DNA of 64,000 bases from positions 3,348,001 through 3,412,000 of the forward strand of contig CATNEN010000024.1 of NCBI GenBank assembly GCA_950097015.1. Reading direction: 5' to 3'. The notes beneath the pieces were generated by a model. That model saw only the letters and a list, made by a program, of their open reading frames with translations, was not told the origin of the DNA and made no database searches. Position numbers and translations under genes: made by a program. The DNA comes from Macrostomum hystrix (lineage: Eukaryota; Animalia; Platyhelminthes). Numbering within the stretch: position 1 is the first letter of the stretch; each line of letters opens with the position of its first letter. This document shows, one piece after another, positions 13,461-26,388 of this stretch.

Positions 13461-14574
13461 CCAGTATTTTCCTGTCCGCCCAGCTTATCCAGGTTTTCCT
13501 GTCCGCTCAATCCGCAGCGTCCTGGAAGCTGTCCAAGCAGAAGTGGAATAGACCCACATAGTTATCCCCTAGTTACCTCCCTAGAGGTAGTGAAAGGTCT
13601 CCCTCTAGGCTAAGAATATGCGACGATAAGCAATGCAATTTGAGCGGCAGCATTGTTGCCTCCCTCCCACTGACGGCTGCGATTGGGAAAAACACTGCTC
13701 AAGGTAAAAGCTTATGGAGCTCATGAAACTGGAGCTAAGCTAACCAACATTCTATCCTCCTTTACTCGCCATACTCTTCCTCTTCGATTTCTAAACTACA
13801 GTCGACTCCTTCGGGATCAGCTGGGATTTATTGCCGGATTCTCCCCTCCCACCCCCCGGGGGGCATTATTGTGCCCCAATTTATGCTGAATAACTCCTCC
13901 ACTCAGCCACTCGAACCTGTCAACCAAAGTCAGCGGAGGAGTCTGGCCGAGCGGCCAGTTTTAGCAGCAGTTTGTCTCCGCCCGCCCTCCCATTGGTCCG
14001 TGCTAAGCACAATTTTCTCAAAGTTGGCCTGTGGCAAGAAACGAATGAGATGAACAGATGAGATGGGATGGGAGAGAGTGAACAGTTTAGGGAGGACGGG
14101 TGGGTTGGGAGAAACCCCGGAGTCGCAGGATAATGAGCCGCCCGCTGGTACAGTCTATCGATTCGGCTTCACCGTTCTCTCCCTCTCCTCCCCCCATGCA
14201 GCTCTTGAGTCCGCCCAGACATTGCAGGCTCCGTCCACCTCCTGTGTCCCCTTTGCCGTCCGTTCTTTGCACGCAAAAAACTCACCGTCGCGTCCACCCA
14301 CCCCCCTCAACGGCGCCCCACCTCCGCAACCCACCACGTCCCCTGTCCCGCCTCTAAGCAGTGTCTGCGGAACACCCAAGGCTGCTGGAGACACAGCGCG
14401 TGTGGGCCATTTTCTCTAAAAGACGGAGCGTCAAGTTTTGCCATCGCCAGTGAGAATAAAAATAAGCAACAACAATGATAATATGAAGAAGGCGGACTTT
14501 GCGAAGATTGCGAAGGTTGCGAAGATTGTGGACGTGTGTCGCCTTGTGGAATAACCAGCGCTTCAACTCGCGAC

Positions 14575-14838
14575 ATGTCGTCTTCTTCGGCCTTCAATTT
14601 CCAAGCGCCATCGCCGCCAAGTTCGCCCGAACTGCTGATGGTCGGGTCGGCTAGCACTCGACCTCCTCCGCCTCCGAGACAGCCGGCAGACGAGCAGTTG
14701 AGAACCACCCCGCTGCTCGGGGCTATCCTCGCCACTTCTGAGGACTTGTGCGATGATTACCAAGCTCAGCAGAGGCACAGGCTAAGCCCGGATCTGTTTG
14801 AGTCGGCAACCTGGGACGATGGGGGCGGCAACGGCGGT
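14575..14838 (+). CDS. Candidate first coding exon of tensin (MSSSSAFNFQAPSPPSSPELL...WDDGGGNGG)
   Basis: GC-rich open frame from ATG 14575 to donor GGT|GTGAGT at 14839, phase 0; Ser/Pro-rich. Confidence 0.45.
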
Positions 14839-14989
14839 GTGAGTTTGACATCGGGAAACTACCGTCCAGTTCCTTGCTGAACTTTAAGGAAGCTCCTTGC
14901 TGTCTACTGGTGTGCAATGCGAACCTTTGGACTCTCTCTCCCTCTCAGTCCACCCTGCCTCTTACTGCCTACTCTGCCTACCCTGTCAA

Positions 14990-17260
14990 CCCTGTCTACC
15001 CTGAATACCCTGCCTCTTCCTGACTACCCTGTCTCTTCCTGACTACCCTGTCTCTGCCTGACTACCCTGGCCCTTCCTGACTACCCTGTCTCTTCCTGAA
15101 TACCCTGTCTAGCCTGACTACCCTGTCTCTTCCTGACTACCCTGTCTCTTCCTGAATACCCTGTCTCTTCCTGAATACCCTGTCTCTTCCTGACTACCCT
15201 GTCTCTTCCTGAATACCCGGTCTCTTCCTGACTACCCAGTCTCTTCCTGACTACCCTGTCTCTTCCTGAATACCCTGTCTCTTCCTGACTACCCTGTCTC
15301 TTCCTGACTACCCTGTCTCTTCCTGAATACCCTGTCTAGCCTGACTACCCTGTCTCTTCCTGACTACCCTGTCTCTTCCTGAATACCCTGTCTCTTCCTG
15401 AATACCCTGTCTCTTCCTGACTACCCTGTCTCTTCCTGAATACCCGGTCTCTTCCTGACTACCCTGTCTCTTCCTGACTACCCTGTCTCTTCCTGACTTA
15501 CCCAGTCTCTTCCTGAATACCCTGTCTAGCCTGACTACCATGTCTCTTCCTGAATACCCTGTCTAGCCTGACTACCCTGAATACCCTGTCTCTTCCTGAA
15601 TACCCTGTCTCTTCCTGACTACCCTGTCTCTTCCTGAATACCCTGTCTAGCCTGACTACCCTGTCTCTTCCTGACTACCCAGTCTCTTCCTGACTACCCT
15701 GTCTCTTCCTGAATACCCTGTCTCTTCCTGACTACCCTGTCTCTTCCTGAATACCCTGTCTCTTCCTGACTACCCTGTCTCTTCCTGACTTACCCAGTCT
15801 CTTCCTGAATACCCTGTCTAGCCTGACTACCCTGTCTCTTCCTGAATACCCTGTCTAGCCTGACTACCCTGAATACCCTGTCTCTTACTGAATACCCTGT
15901 CTCTTCCTGAATACCCTGTCTCTTCCTGACTACCCTGTCTCTTCCTGACTACCCTGTCTCTTCCTGACTACCCAGTCTCTTCCTGAATACCCTGTCTAGC
16001 CTGACTACCCTGTCTCTTCCTGACTACCCTGTCTCTTCCTGACTACCCAGTCTCTTCCTGACTACCCTGTCTCTTCCTGACTACCCTGTCTCTTCCTGAA
16101 TACCCTGTCTCTTCCTGACTACCCTGTCTCTTCCTGACTACCCAGTCTCTTCCTGACTACCCAGTCTCTTCCTGACTACCCTGTCTCTTCCTGATTAACC
16201 CAGTCTCTTCCTGAATACCCTGTCTAGCCTGACTACCCTGTCTCTTCCTGAATACCCTGTCTAGCCTGACTACCCTGAATACCCTGTCTCTTCCTGACTA
16301 CCCTGTCTCTTCCTGAATACCCTGTCTCTTCCTGACTACCCTGTCTCTTCCTGAATACCCTGTCTCTTCCTGACTACCCTGTCTCTTCCTGACTACCCTG
16401 TCTCTTCCTGACTTACCCAGTCTCTTCCTGAATACCCTGTCTAGCCTGACTACCCTGAATACCCTGTCTCTTCCTGACTACCCTGTCTCTTCCTGACTAC
16501 CCTGTCTCTTCCTGACTTACCCAGTCTCTTCCTGAATACCCTGTCTCTTCCTGAATACCCTGTCTCTTCCTGACTACCCTGTCTCTTCCTGACTACCCTG
16601 TCTCTTCCTGAATACCCTGTCTCTTCCTGACTACCCTATCTCTTCCTGAATACCCTGTCTAGCCTGCCTACCCAGTCTCTTCCTGACTACCCTGTCTCTT
16701 CCTGAATACCCTGTCTCTTCCTGACTACCCTGTCTCTTCCTGAATACCCTGTCTCTTCCTGACTACCCTGTCTCTTCCTGACTACCCTGTCTCTTCCTGA
16801 CTTACCCAGTCTCTTCCTGAATACCCTGTCTAGCCTGACTACCCTGTCTCTTCCTGAATACCCTGTCTAGCCTGACTACCCTGAATACCCTGTCTCTTCC
16901 TGACTACCCTGTCTCTTCCTGAATACCCTGTCTCTTCCTGACTACCCTGTCTCTTCCTGAATACCCTGTCTCTTCCTGACTACCCTGTCTCTTCCTGACT
17001 ACCCTATCTCTTCCTGAATACCCTGTCTCTTCCTGACTACCCTGTCTCTTCCTGAATACCCTGTCTCTTCCTGACTACCCTGTCTCTTCCTGACTACCCT
17101 GTCTCTTCCTGAATACCCTGAATACCCTGTCTCTTCCTGACTACCCTGTCTCTTCCTGAATACCCTGTCTCTTCCTGACTACCCTATCTCTTCCTGAATA
17201 CCCTGTCTAGCCTGCCTACCCTGTCTAGCCTGTCTCTTCGTGACTCTACTGACTACCCTG
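14990..17260. repeat. Minisatellite, 19-nt unit ACCCTGTCTCTTCCTGA(CT/AT)
   Basis: About 2.3 kb array with recurring variant units. Confidence 0.95.
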
Positions 17261-17896
17261 TCTACTATGTCCAACCTCTCTTTTTATTTTGTATTCCAAT
17301 ATGCAATCTAAGATTAGCAGCACAATAGTGCCAGTTAAAACTTTACGGCCACAAAACGCAGGTCAAATCCGAGCTGTGGCGAGAGTTTTAATTGTTTATT
17401 AATGCATCTCGTCCTTTGGGCCTAGGCGAATAGGCTAGGTCTCTCGCTCCTAACTCAACCTCCCTCCGATCCATCGATGCAGGTCGTATTCTACACCCCA
17501 ACTGTCTCGCAGCAGCTGCTGCCATCGATCCACCAGCCCACTGAGCTGGACTTCCAGCTTACTGAGGCGGGGGAGAAAATCGGGCTGGAATTCCCGCCGG
17601 ACCGAAGGGGATGGGGTGGGGTGGGATAACAGGCCGGAGTCTGAAAGTCCTTCCCGAGGAGGCAGGGAGCTCAAGAAGCAAGTTAGATGTTGCACCGAGC
17701 AGACGTGAAACTCCGTGAAGAATGGGGGTCGAATCGCAAATGGCAAGGCAGATCAAAACGAACTCTTGACTCAGAGCTTTAGGGCTTCGTGAGGGGATAA
17801 TCTTTTAAATACGCTGATCTCCTTTGAAAGCGAAGAACGAGATTTGAAGGAGAGCAATGGCAACTATGAAACCGAAGAGTAGACAAACTGCTATTT

Positions 17897-18085
17897 GCAG
17901 TAGAAAGACCAGGGGTATTTCAAATACCTACATTTTTCTGTATCTCCCAAAATTTCCCAACATATTCAACCAACCGCCAGGAAAATCCGGATCATGGGCT
18001 TACATTTTCTGCTTTATCCGATGAAACAACTTCCCGAATCACAAAGCATCGGCGTCGTCAAGATATTCAACGATTCTCGTAGAGG
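17897..18085 (+). repeat. Interspersed repeat homologous to 53189-53350
   Basis: Colinear blocks by eye: GTAGAAAGACCAGGGGTATTTTCAAATACCTACAT versus GTAGCAAGACCACGGGGTATTTCAAATGCCCACAT; TTATCCGATGAAAC...CATCGGCGTCGTCAAGATATT versus TTATCTGATGAAAC...CATCGGCATCATCGAGATATT. Confidence 0.65.
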
Positions 18086-18195
18086 GGGCTCGGGATTCTT
18101 ATCCGCCTATATCCACCACACCCATGCCTCACGCGTCTAAGCTCAATCTATGCTCAAGCAGCCCATTCTTATTGCACAAATGCCATCCTTTGCAG

Positions 18196-18228
18196 AATGG
18201 GAACAGACACTGGCCGGCTGGGAGGCAG
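18196..18228 (+). CDS. Candidate 33-nt tensin micro-exon (NGNRHWPAGRQ in phase 0)
   Basis: Acceptor CCTTTGCAG, donor CAG|GTGAGT, frame-preserving. Confidence 0.4.
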
Positions 18229-18432
18229 GTGAGTGAAACGCAGTTTATACTCGCAGCTCTCACCTCAGTGTCAGTGCCTGTCTAGGCTCGTCCTTTCGCC
18301 AATCGATCGACCTGATTGATTAGCCAAAAACCTGTTCGTGAGGGGCTGCGGCCGGTTTGACAGTTCAGTGAATATTCAATAATAATTCTACCGTAGCTTT
18401 AATAGATATTGAAAATGCGCGAATCGTTCTAG

Positions 18433-18811
18433 AAGCCCCAAATATCTACCATGACGGCAACTGGTCCGGTGGTCAGACCTGAAGCTAGACAACTGCATCT
18501 GCAGCAACAGCAGCAACAGCTCAGGTATCAGCAACAGCAGCTACAGCTGCAACAGCAGCAGCAGCAGCTACAACAGCAGCTTCCTCTTCAACAGCAGCTT
18601 CCTCATCAGCAGCAGCTTCCTCATCAGCAGCAGCTTCCTCACCAGCAGCAGCTTCCTCACCAGCAGCAGCTTCCTCATCAGCAGCAGCTTCCTCACCAGC
18701 AGCAGCTTCCTCATCAGCAGCAGCTTCCTCATCAGCAGCAGCTTCCTCACCAGCAGCAGTTTTCCCAGCCTCCAGAAGTGGAATTTCACTACGTAACTGA
18801 ATCCATAGCCG
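18433..18811 (+). CDS. TNS: Tensin exon: polyQ/(QQQLPH)n N-terminus and start of PTP domain
   Basis: Ends PEVEFHYVTESIA, aligning with tensin MDLTYITERII; donor G|GTAAGT at 18812. The 5' boundary (acceptor 18432 versus ATG 18451) is uncertain. Confidence 0.8.
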
Positions 18812-19091
18812 GTAAGTTGGATTGTTAGTACATTCGGACTTATAAGTTACAATGTTAGGAGCTAGGCACTTTCGCATCCTTTTTATATCATGGTCGGTAA
18901 GTAGCAATGCAGAACTTGACTTTCTAGATCGACATTTGTTCCTCTGTCCTTCTATATTGATGCTTCATCGGTACGTAAGAGCAAAAAAAAATTCTAATGA
19001 TTACAGCAAAAGTACAAAAGTTTGTTTCCTAACTGCCAGTCCTCACAGTCGGACCGCATCACCCGGCTTCAAGTCACCGCTACGGACTCCA

Positions 19092-19132
<41 letters not shown>

Positions 19133-20856
19133 CCTGGCTGCCCCAATTAGCTGCCGAATTGCAGTTAACGCACAACTTTAAGTTGTTTACCTTGTCTGAA
19201 CCGCAACCAGATCTGCAGATTCTCTGTCCTCAGGTGAGTCTGGAGTTCTACTGCTCCGCTAAGTTAAAAGCCTAACGAATTTTGTAAGGGCTCATAGTCT
19301 CGTACTCAAAGTGCTCTGATAGTAAAGCATTCCCACACTTTCAGGTTAGAGATTTCAACTGGCCGGAGGGCCTAGCACCAACACTGGACAGCCTCTGCGA
19401 CCTCTGCAAAGCTGTGGAAGCCTGGATCAACTGCGGCACAGCTAATGTGGCCGTGGTGCACTGCCGCGGCGAACTGGGCAGACTGGCCACCTTTCTCATG
19501 GCCTACATGTACTACTGCACCACCAGCATGACTAGCCAGTGAGTTGAGGGACCTTACAGATCCCTTGTCAGCCTCACTCCCTCATCAATCCGCAACCCAC
19601 CTCACTCCCTCATCGAACCGCCACCCACCTCACTCCCTCATCGATCCACCACCCACGTCACTCCCTCATCGATCCGCCACTCACCCCACTCATTCATCGA
19701 TCCGCCACTCTCCCCAATCCTTCATCGATCCGCCACTCACCCCACTCCCTCATCGATCCGTCACCCACCTCACTCCCTCATCGATCCACCACCCACCTTA
19801 CTCCCTCATCGATCCGCCACTCACCCCAATCCTTCATCGATCCGCCACTCACCCCACTCCCTCATCGATCCACCACCCACCTCACTCCTTCATCGATCCG
19901 CCACTCTCCGGCAATCCTTCATCGATCCGCCACTCACCCCACTCCCTCATCGATCCGCCACCCACCTCACTCCTTCATCGATCGGTCACCAATCCAATAT
20001 CCATCTCACTTCTTCTACCAACCTAAAAAAGCCATTCACAACTTGTGTAAATTATCGATCCTCTGGATCTGGTAATTCGACGCCAGAGAAAATTGCTTGT
20101 GTTAAACTACCAGTCGATCACTTTAAAAGAGCCCACTTAACCAAAATTATCAAAACATCTAGTCAATATTTTACATTTAGGTGGCCAGTAGCCGCCACAG
20201 GAATTGAGGAATTGAGGAACAAGTTGACGAGGAACTAGTCCTCTCGAATACTATGCTCAATCGCTATAGTTCGTTCGCTCTCCCATTGCACCGAGCATTT
20301 AATCAGCCCAGCAACAAGACACCCGGATGGCAATCGCTTCTCTGTCCGCCAATTAATTGGTGCACCAATGCGGAAACTCAATTTTCCTGCACTTTTCTAT
20401 CTCTCTTGCATGCTGCCCGAGCATCGCCGTTCAGTTGTCCGGCTTTTATGCGGTTCTTGCAGGCCCCAAACTCTCTCTGCTCACTCTTCTTCCGCCAATG
20501 CAACCTGATGCCTACCAGTGTATAACGCAGTAGGAGTATACACTGATTTAGCCTATGCAGTTAAAGCCAGTGCCTATTGGAATGCACTTTTATGGAAAGT
20601 TAGCAAAAGGCCTGGGTATAGTGATTCGATGCAGAGAAGTCAAGTCAGCCTATGTGAGTACATTTATCCATTAATATATATGCATTTGAGTGTGTACTTA
20701 GCCAACCCTTTCCTTCTATACAAATTAGCCGCTGATCTCTGCAGAATTTTTTGCTCCGATTGAGTCCCTGCGGTCCTCTTGGCCTCTCTTTCTCTTTTCC
20801 TGTCTCTGCTCGCCAGTTTAATTAACTTTCTCAGCTGAAACCAATACTGCCGCTGC

Positions 20857-20897
<41 letters not shown>

Positions 20898-23800
20898 CAA
20901 TTCGTCAGTTTGTGTGAACAAACTGTTCTTTTGGGTTTGATCCGATTAATTAGATATTCGTTCACTGCAGGAGGATTTGAACATTCTTTTCGCTATAAAG
21001 CCCGAACACGTTGTATGCTTGAATCTCTCCCAATGGACTTGCTTTGCTACAATCGAATGCAGTGATACAATTTCAAGTAAGGCCTCTCACCGCCTTTCCT
21101 AACTGTATCAGTTATTAATGAGTTTTCTTGAGCTTACAACGAATTACTACGGAATATTGTAACCAATATTCAATTAGCCAAAGAAATCAATTGCTTTTCG
21201 GCGCCTTCTCAGGGTGTCTAGCTAACTCCAGGGTGAGAGAATCAAGTCGGGTGGTGGGTGCCAACTGATTCCAGGGTAAGAGAATCAAGTGGGGTGGTGG
21301 GTGCTAACTGATATCAGTGTAAGAGAATCAAGTGGGTTGGCGGGTGTCAAACAATTCCAGGGTCAAATAATCGAGTGTGGTGGTGAGTGCTAACTGATTC
21401 CAGGGTAAGAGAATCAAGTGGGATGATGGGTGTCAAACAATTCCAGGGTCAAATAATCGAGTGTGGTGGTGAGTGCTAACTGATTCCAGGGTAAGAGAAT
21501 CAAGTGGGGTGGTGGGTGCTAACTGATATCAGTGTAAGAGAATCAAGTGGGTTGGCGGGTGTCAAACAATTCCAGGGTCAAATAATCGAGTGTGGTGGTG
21601 AGTGCTAACTGATTCCAGGGTAAGAGAATCAAGTGGGATGATGGGTGTCAAACAATTCTAGGGTAAGAGAATCAAGTGGGATGATGGGTGTCAAACAATT
21701 CTAGGGTAAGAGAATCAAGTGGGATGATGGGTGTCAAACAATTCTAGGGTAAGAGAATCAAGTGGGATGATGGGTGTCAAACAATTCTAGGGTAAGAGAA
21801 TCAAGTGGGATGATGGGTGTCAAACAATTCTAGGGTAAGAGAATCAAGTGGGATGATGGGTGTCAAACAATTCTAGGGTAAGAGAATCAAGTGGGGTGGT
21901 GAGTGCTAACTGATTCCAGGGTAAGAGAATCAAGTGGGATGATGGGTGTCAAACAATTCTAGGGTAAGAGAATCAAGTGGGATGATGGGTGTCAAACAAT
22001 TCTAGGGTAAGAGAATCAAGTGGGATGATGGGTGTCAAACAATTCTAGGGTAAGAGAATCAAGTGGGATGATGGGTGTCAAACAATTCTAGGGTAAGAGA
22101 ATCAAGTGGGATGATGGGTGTCAAACAATTCTAGGGTAAGAGAATCAAGTGGGGTGGTGAGTGCTAACTGATTCCAGGGTAAGAGAATCAAGTGGGATGA
22201 TGGGTGTCAAACAATTCTAGGGTAAGAGAATCAAGTGGGATGATGGGTGTCAAACAATTCTAGGGTAAGAGAATCAAGTGGGATGATGGGTGTCAAACAA
22301 TTCTAGGGTAAGAGAATCAAGTGGGATGATGGGTGTCAAACAATTCTAGGGTAAGAGAATCAAGTGGGATGATGGGTGTCAAACAATTCTAGGGTAAGAG
22401 AATCAAGTGGGATGATGGGTGTCAAACAATTCTAGGGTAAGAGAATCAAGTGGGTTGGCGGGTGTCAAACAATTCCAGGGTCAAATAATCGAGTGTGGTG
22501 GTGAGTGCTAACTGATTCCAGGGTAAGAGAATCAAGTGGGATGATGGGTGTCAAACAATTCTAGGGTAAGAGAATCAAGTGGGGTGGTGGGTGCTATCTG
22601 ATATCAGTGTAAGAGAATCAAGTGGGGTGGTGGGTGCTATCTGATATCAGTGTAAGAGAATCAAGTGGGGTGGTGGGTGCTAACTTATTTCGGGATAAGA
22701 TAATCGAGTGGGGTGGTTGGTGTTAGCTAACACAGCATAGCCCGAACTACACCCGATCTCGCCAGACAGCAGCGTCACGACTCTCGCTGGTTGTCTATCA
22801 AGCGATTTCACGACGACCGACTCAGCCTGTGCACTGTGCCCTCGCAAAAGCGCTACGTGAACTATTTCGCCGGCCTCCTGTCTGGCAGTTTTCGCATCGG
22901 CAGCCGAACGGTCTACCTGGAGCGTCTGCTGCTGCACGGCCTACCGCGTGGCGGCGACGGCCGGCCGATGCAGGGCCACTACTTTGTGAAGGTCTACCTC
23001 AACCTCAGTCTGGTGCACGCTTCACCTGTGCAGTGAGTGTTCGGACTATCAACAAGATTTGAAAAGTTTCTGATTTGAGAATATTGTGATTGGAAAGATT
23101 CTGGTTTTAAAAAGCTTGTGAAACGACCTAAAAATGCTACCTAACCTGCTTGCATTTTTAAACCTTGAGAAAAATGCCATACCTCCATTGTATAAGCAAC
23201 AGTTCCACGGAGCAGTTTGTAGAAAAGTATTGTTTTGCCTCCACCAACCCTCACACACTCCCCTTCATTTAACATTCTGAAGATGCCTTCAGTTCTCCTC
23301 TGAAAGCAGATTCTCTGAAATGCATAGCGACAGAACTCATGGCAGAGCTAATTAACACACACACACAGAGTTCCGCCACCTCCGCCCCCACAGAAGCCTG
23401 GCAGCGCAGGACGTCCAAACCGACTGCCTTGGCGTGAGAATCCGGCCACATCTCAAACTGCTTGGCGACGTGCTCATAAAGCTGTACTTTAAGCGCAGCC
23501 TAGCCGCCAAAAGCTGGGAGACCCTGCTCAGAATACAGATCCCATCCTATTTGGTCACGGAGAGTGTCATCACTTTGTACAAGCAGGATCTGGACTTGGC
23601 GTGCGATGGTGAGAACATTGCCAGTGAATTTTGCAATTGTGCCAATTCGGAAATTCTGTAAATTCGGAAATTCAGTGAACTCGAATATTCTGTGAATTCA
23701 GAAATTCTGTGAATTCAGAAATTCTGTGAATTCAGAAATTCTGTGAATTCAGAAATTCTGTGAATTCAGAAATTCTGTGAATTCAGAAATTCTGTGAATT

Positions 23801-26239
23801 CAGAAATTCTGTGAATTCAGAAATTCTGTGAATTCAGAAATTCTGTGAATTCAGAAATTCTGTGAATTCAGAAATTCTGTGAATTCAGAAATTCTGTGAA
23901 TTCAGAAATTCTGTGAATTCAGAAATTCTGTGAATTCAGAAATTCTGTGAATTCAGAAATTCTGTGAATTCAGAAATTCTGTGAATTTGGAAATTCTGTA
24001 ACCTCGAATATTCTGTGAATTTGGAAATTCTGTAACCTCGAATATTCTGTGAATTTGGAAATTCTGTGAATTCAGAAATTCTGTGAATTTAGAAATTCTG
24101 TGAATTCAGAAATTCTGTGAATTCAGAAATTCTGTGAATTCAGAAATTCTGTGAATTCAGAAATTCTGTGAATTCAGAAATTCTGTGAATTTGGAAATTC
24201 TGTAACCTCGAATATTCTGTGAATTTGGAAATTCTGTAACCTCGAATATTCTGTGAATTTGGAAATTCTGTGAATTCAGAAATTCTGTGAATTTAGAAAT
24301 TCTGTAAACTCGAATATTCTGTGAATTTGGAAATTCTGTGAATTCAGAAATTCTGTTCATTCAGAAATTCTGTGAATTCAGAAATTCTGTGAATTCAGAA
24401 ATTCTGTGAATTCAGAAATTCTGTGAATTTGGAAATTCTGTGAATTTGAAAATTCCGGCAATTAAAAAATTCCGGGAATTCGAAAATTCCGGCAATTCAA
24501 AAATTCCGGCAATTAAAAAATTCCGGGAATTCGAAAATTCTGGACTGGACATGACACACTGTGAATTCGGAAAATTGTGTACATCTAATCCTATTGGGCA
24601 GGTGCAATCAGATATTAGTTTATTTTTAAAGTAAAAAACACAACAAAACATGCGCCGCATTAGCCAGGAGAAAAACATATTTTCAGTTAAAAAGTAAAAT
24701 CGGTTTAATCCCCTGCAAATCCAGATCCCAACTTCCCGGCCAGCTCCCGGGCAGAGCTGCAGTTCAATTGGATTGGCCGCAGCAGCAGGGATCGACTGAT
24801 TTATGTATGCCAATCGGCTTCAGAGATTGGTAAGTGGGATTATGCATATGTGTTCATGTATCGATTTTAAACCTCAACCCTATGGACAGACGTTTAGCAG
24901 GCTTACTCAAAAATTCACTGGAATAATATGTGTATCTGGACTGGGGAATTTGTTTTTGCACAAATGCTTTTATCGTCTTTACCGCCAAGACCAACATCAA
25001 AGTGAAGTATTTGCAGTAGCCAGGCACAGTCTTTCCTTTTAGTCTACTCTGATTAGTACGCGTATTTCGAGCTCAGTTTAAAATGCGAGCAATTTTATAA
25101 GAGTCTTCTGGAAACTGAAAACACTGATGAGTAAGGCTTTAAAGGCAAATAATAAAAAAGACACGAAAATACACTCACAGGGTGCCCTCAAGCGTGACTG
25201 TGCATTAACTTTGGCGACGAATCCAATTAATATAGTCCTCACCTTTTGCTGTCATCCATTCTATTCTATAGACATTGCTAGCCAAGCTCGCCCGCCAGAG
25301 ACCAACTTGAACGAATTGCGGTGCGACTCTTACGAGGACGTCAATAAGGGCTCCAAGTTCACCATGCGCACCTATGAGGGCCAGGTTGACAGTGTCAGCA
25401 GTTTGGCACCTGTCAGATGTGAGTCAGGCTTCGCTTTGTCTCGCACTGTGACCTCACTCTGACTCATGATTCACACTTTAACTCATGATTCACTCTCTAA
25501 CTCATGATTCACTCTCTAACTCATGACTCACTCAACTCATGACTCACTCTGACTCATGATTCACACTTTAACTCATGACTCACTCTGACTCATGATTCAC
25601 ACTTTAACTCATGACTCACTCTAACTCATGATTCACACTTTAACTCATGATTCTCACTCTCTAACTCATGACTCACTCTAACTCATGACTCACTCTAACT
25701 CATGACTCACTCTGACTCATGATTCACACTTTAACTCATGACTCACTCTAACTCATGATTCATTCTCTGACTCATGATTCACTCTCTGACTCATGATTCA
25801 CTCTAACTCATGACTCACTCTAACTCATGATTCATTCTCTAATTCACTCTCTGACTCATGATTCAATCTCTGACTCATGATTCACTCTCTGGCTCATGAT
25901 TCACTCTCTGACTCATGATTCACTCTCTGACTCATGATTCACTCTCTGGCTCATGATTCACTCTCTGACTCATGATTCACTCTCTGACTCATGATTCACG
26001 CTCTAACTCATGATTCACTCTCTCCGAGTCATTCATTCTGTAATCTCTAACTCATAATTCACTCTCTGAAATAGGATTCACTCTATCTGTGCAGTGATTC
26101 AAACTCTGTGTAATTGCTTAGGGTCAGTTATTTTTTTGTTGAAACTTTACATTATTTTTGGCTTTAGTTAAATTACCGACTTTAAACTCAGTTTTTTTCA
26201 CGCTACAACAATTTTACATCATTTTCACCAGCCACAGCT

Positions 26240-26270
<31 letters not shown>

Positions 26271-26342
26271 CGCCAATGCTCGGCAGGCCTGAACCTGAGG
26301 ACGTAGACCGATTGTTGGAGAATCTATTTGTACCATCTGCTA

Positions 26343-26388
<46 letters not shown>

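Noticed and set aside
17450-17760. Minus-strand ORF ending LSKLEVQLSGLVDRWQQLLRDSWGVEYDLHRWIGG
   Set aside because: Protein-like, but no recognisable motif, start or splice context; cannot be supported without a database search.
20664-20921. Minus-strand polyQ ORF
   Set aside because: A short ORF around a (CTG)n tract antisense to tensin; CAG/CTG tracts are common in non-coding DNA here, for example near 1500.
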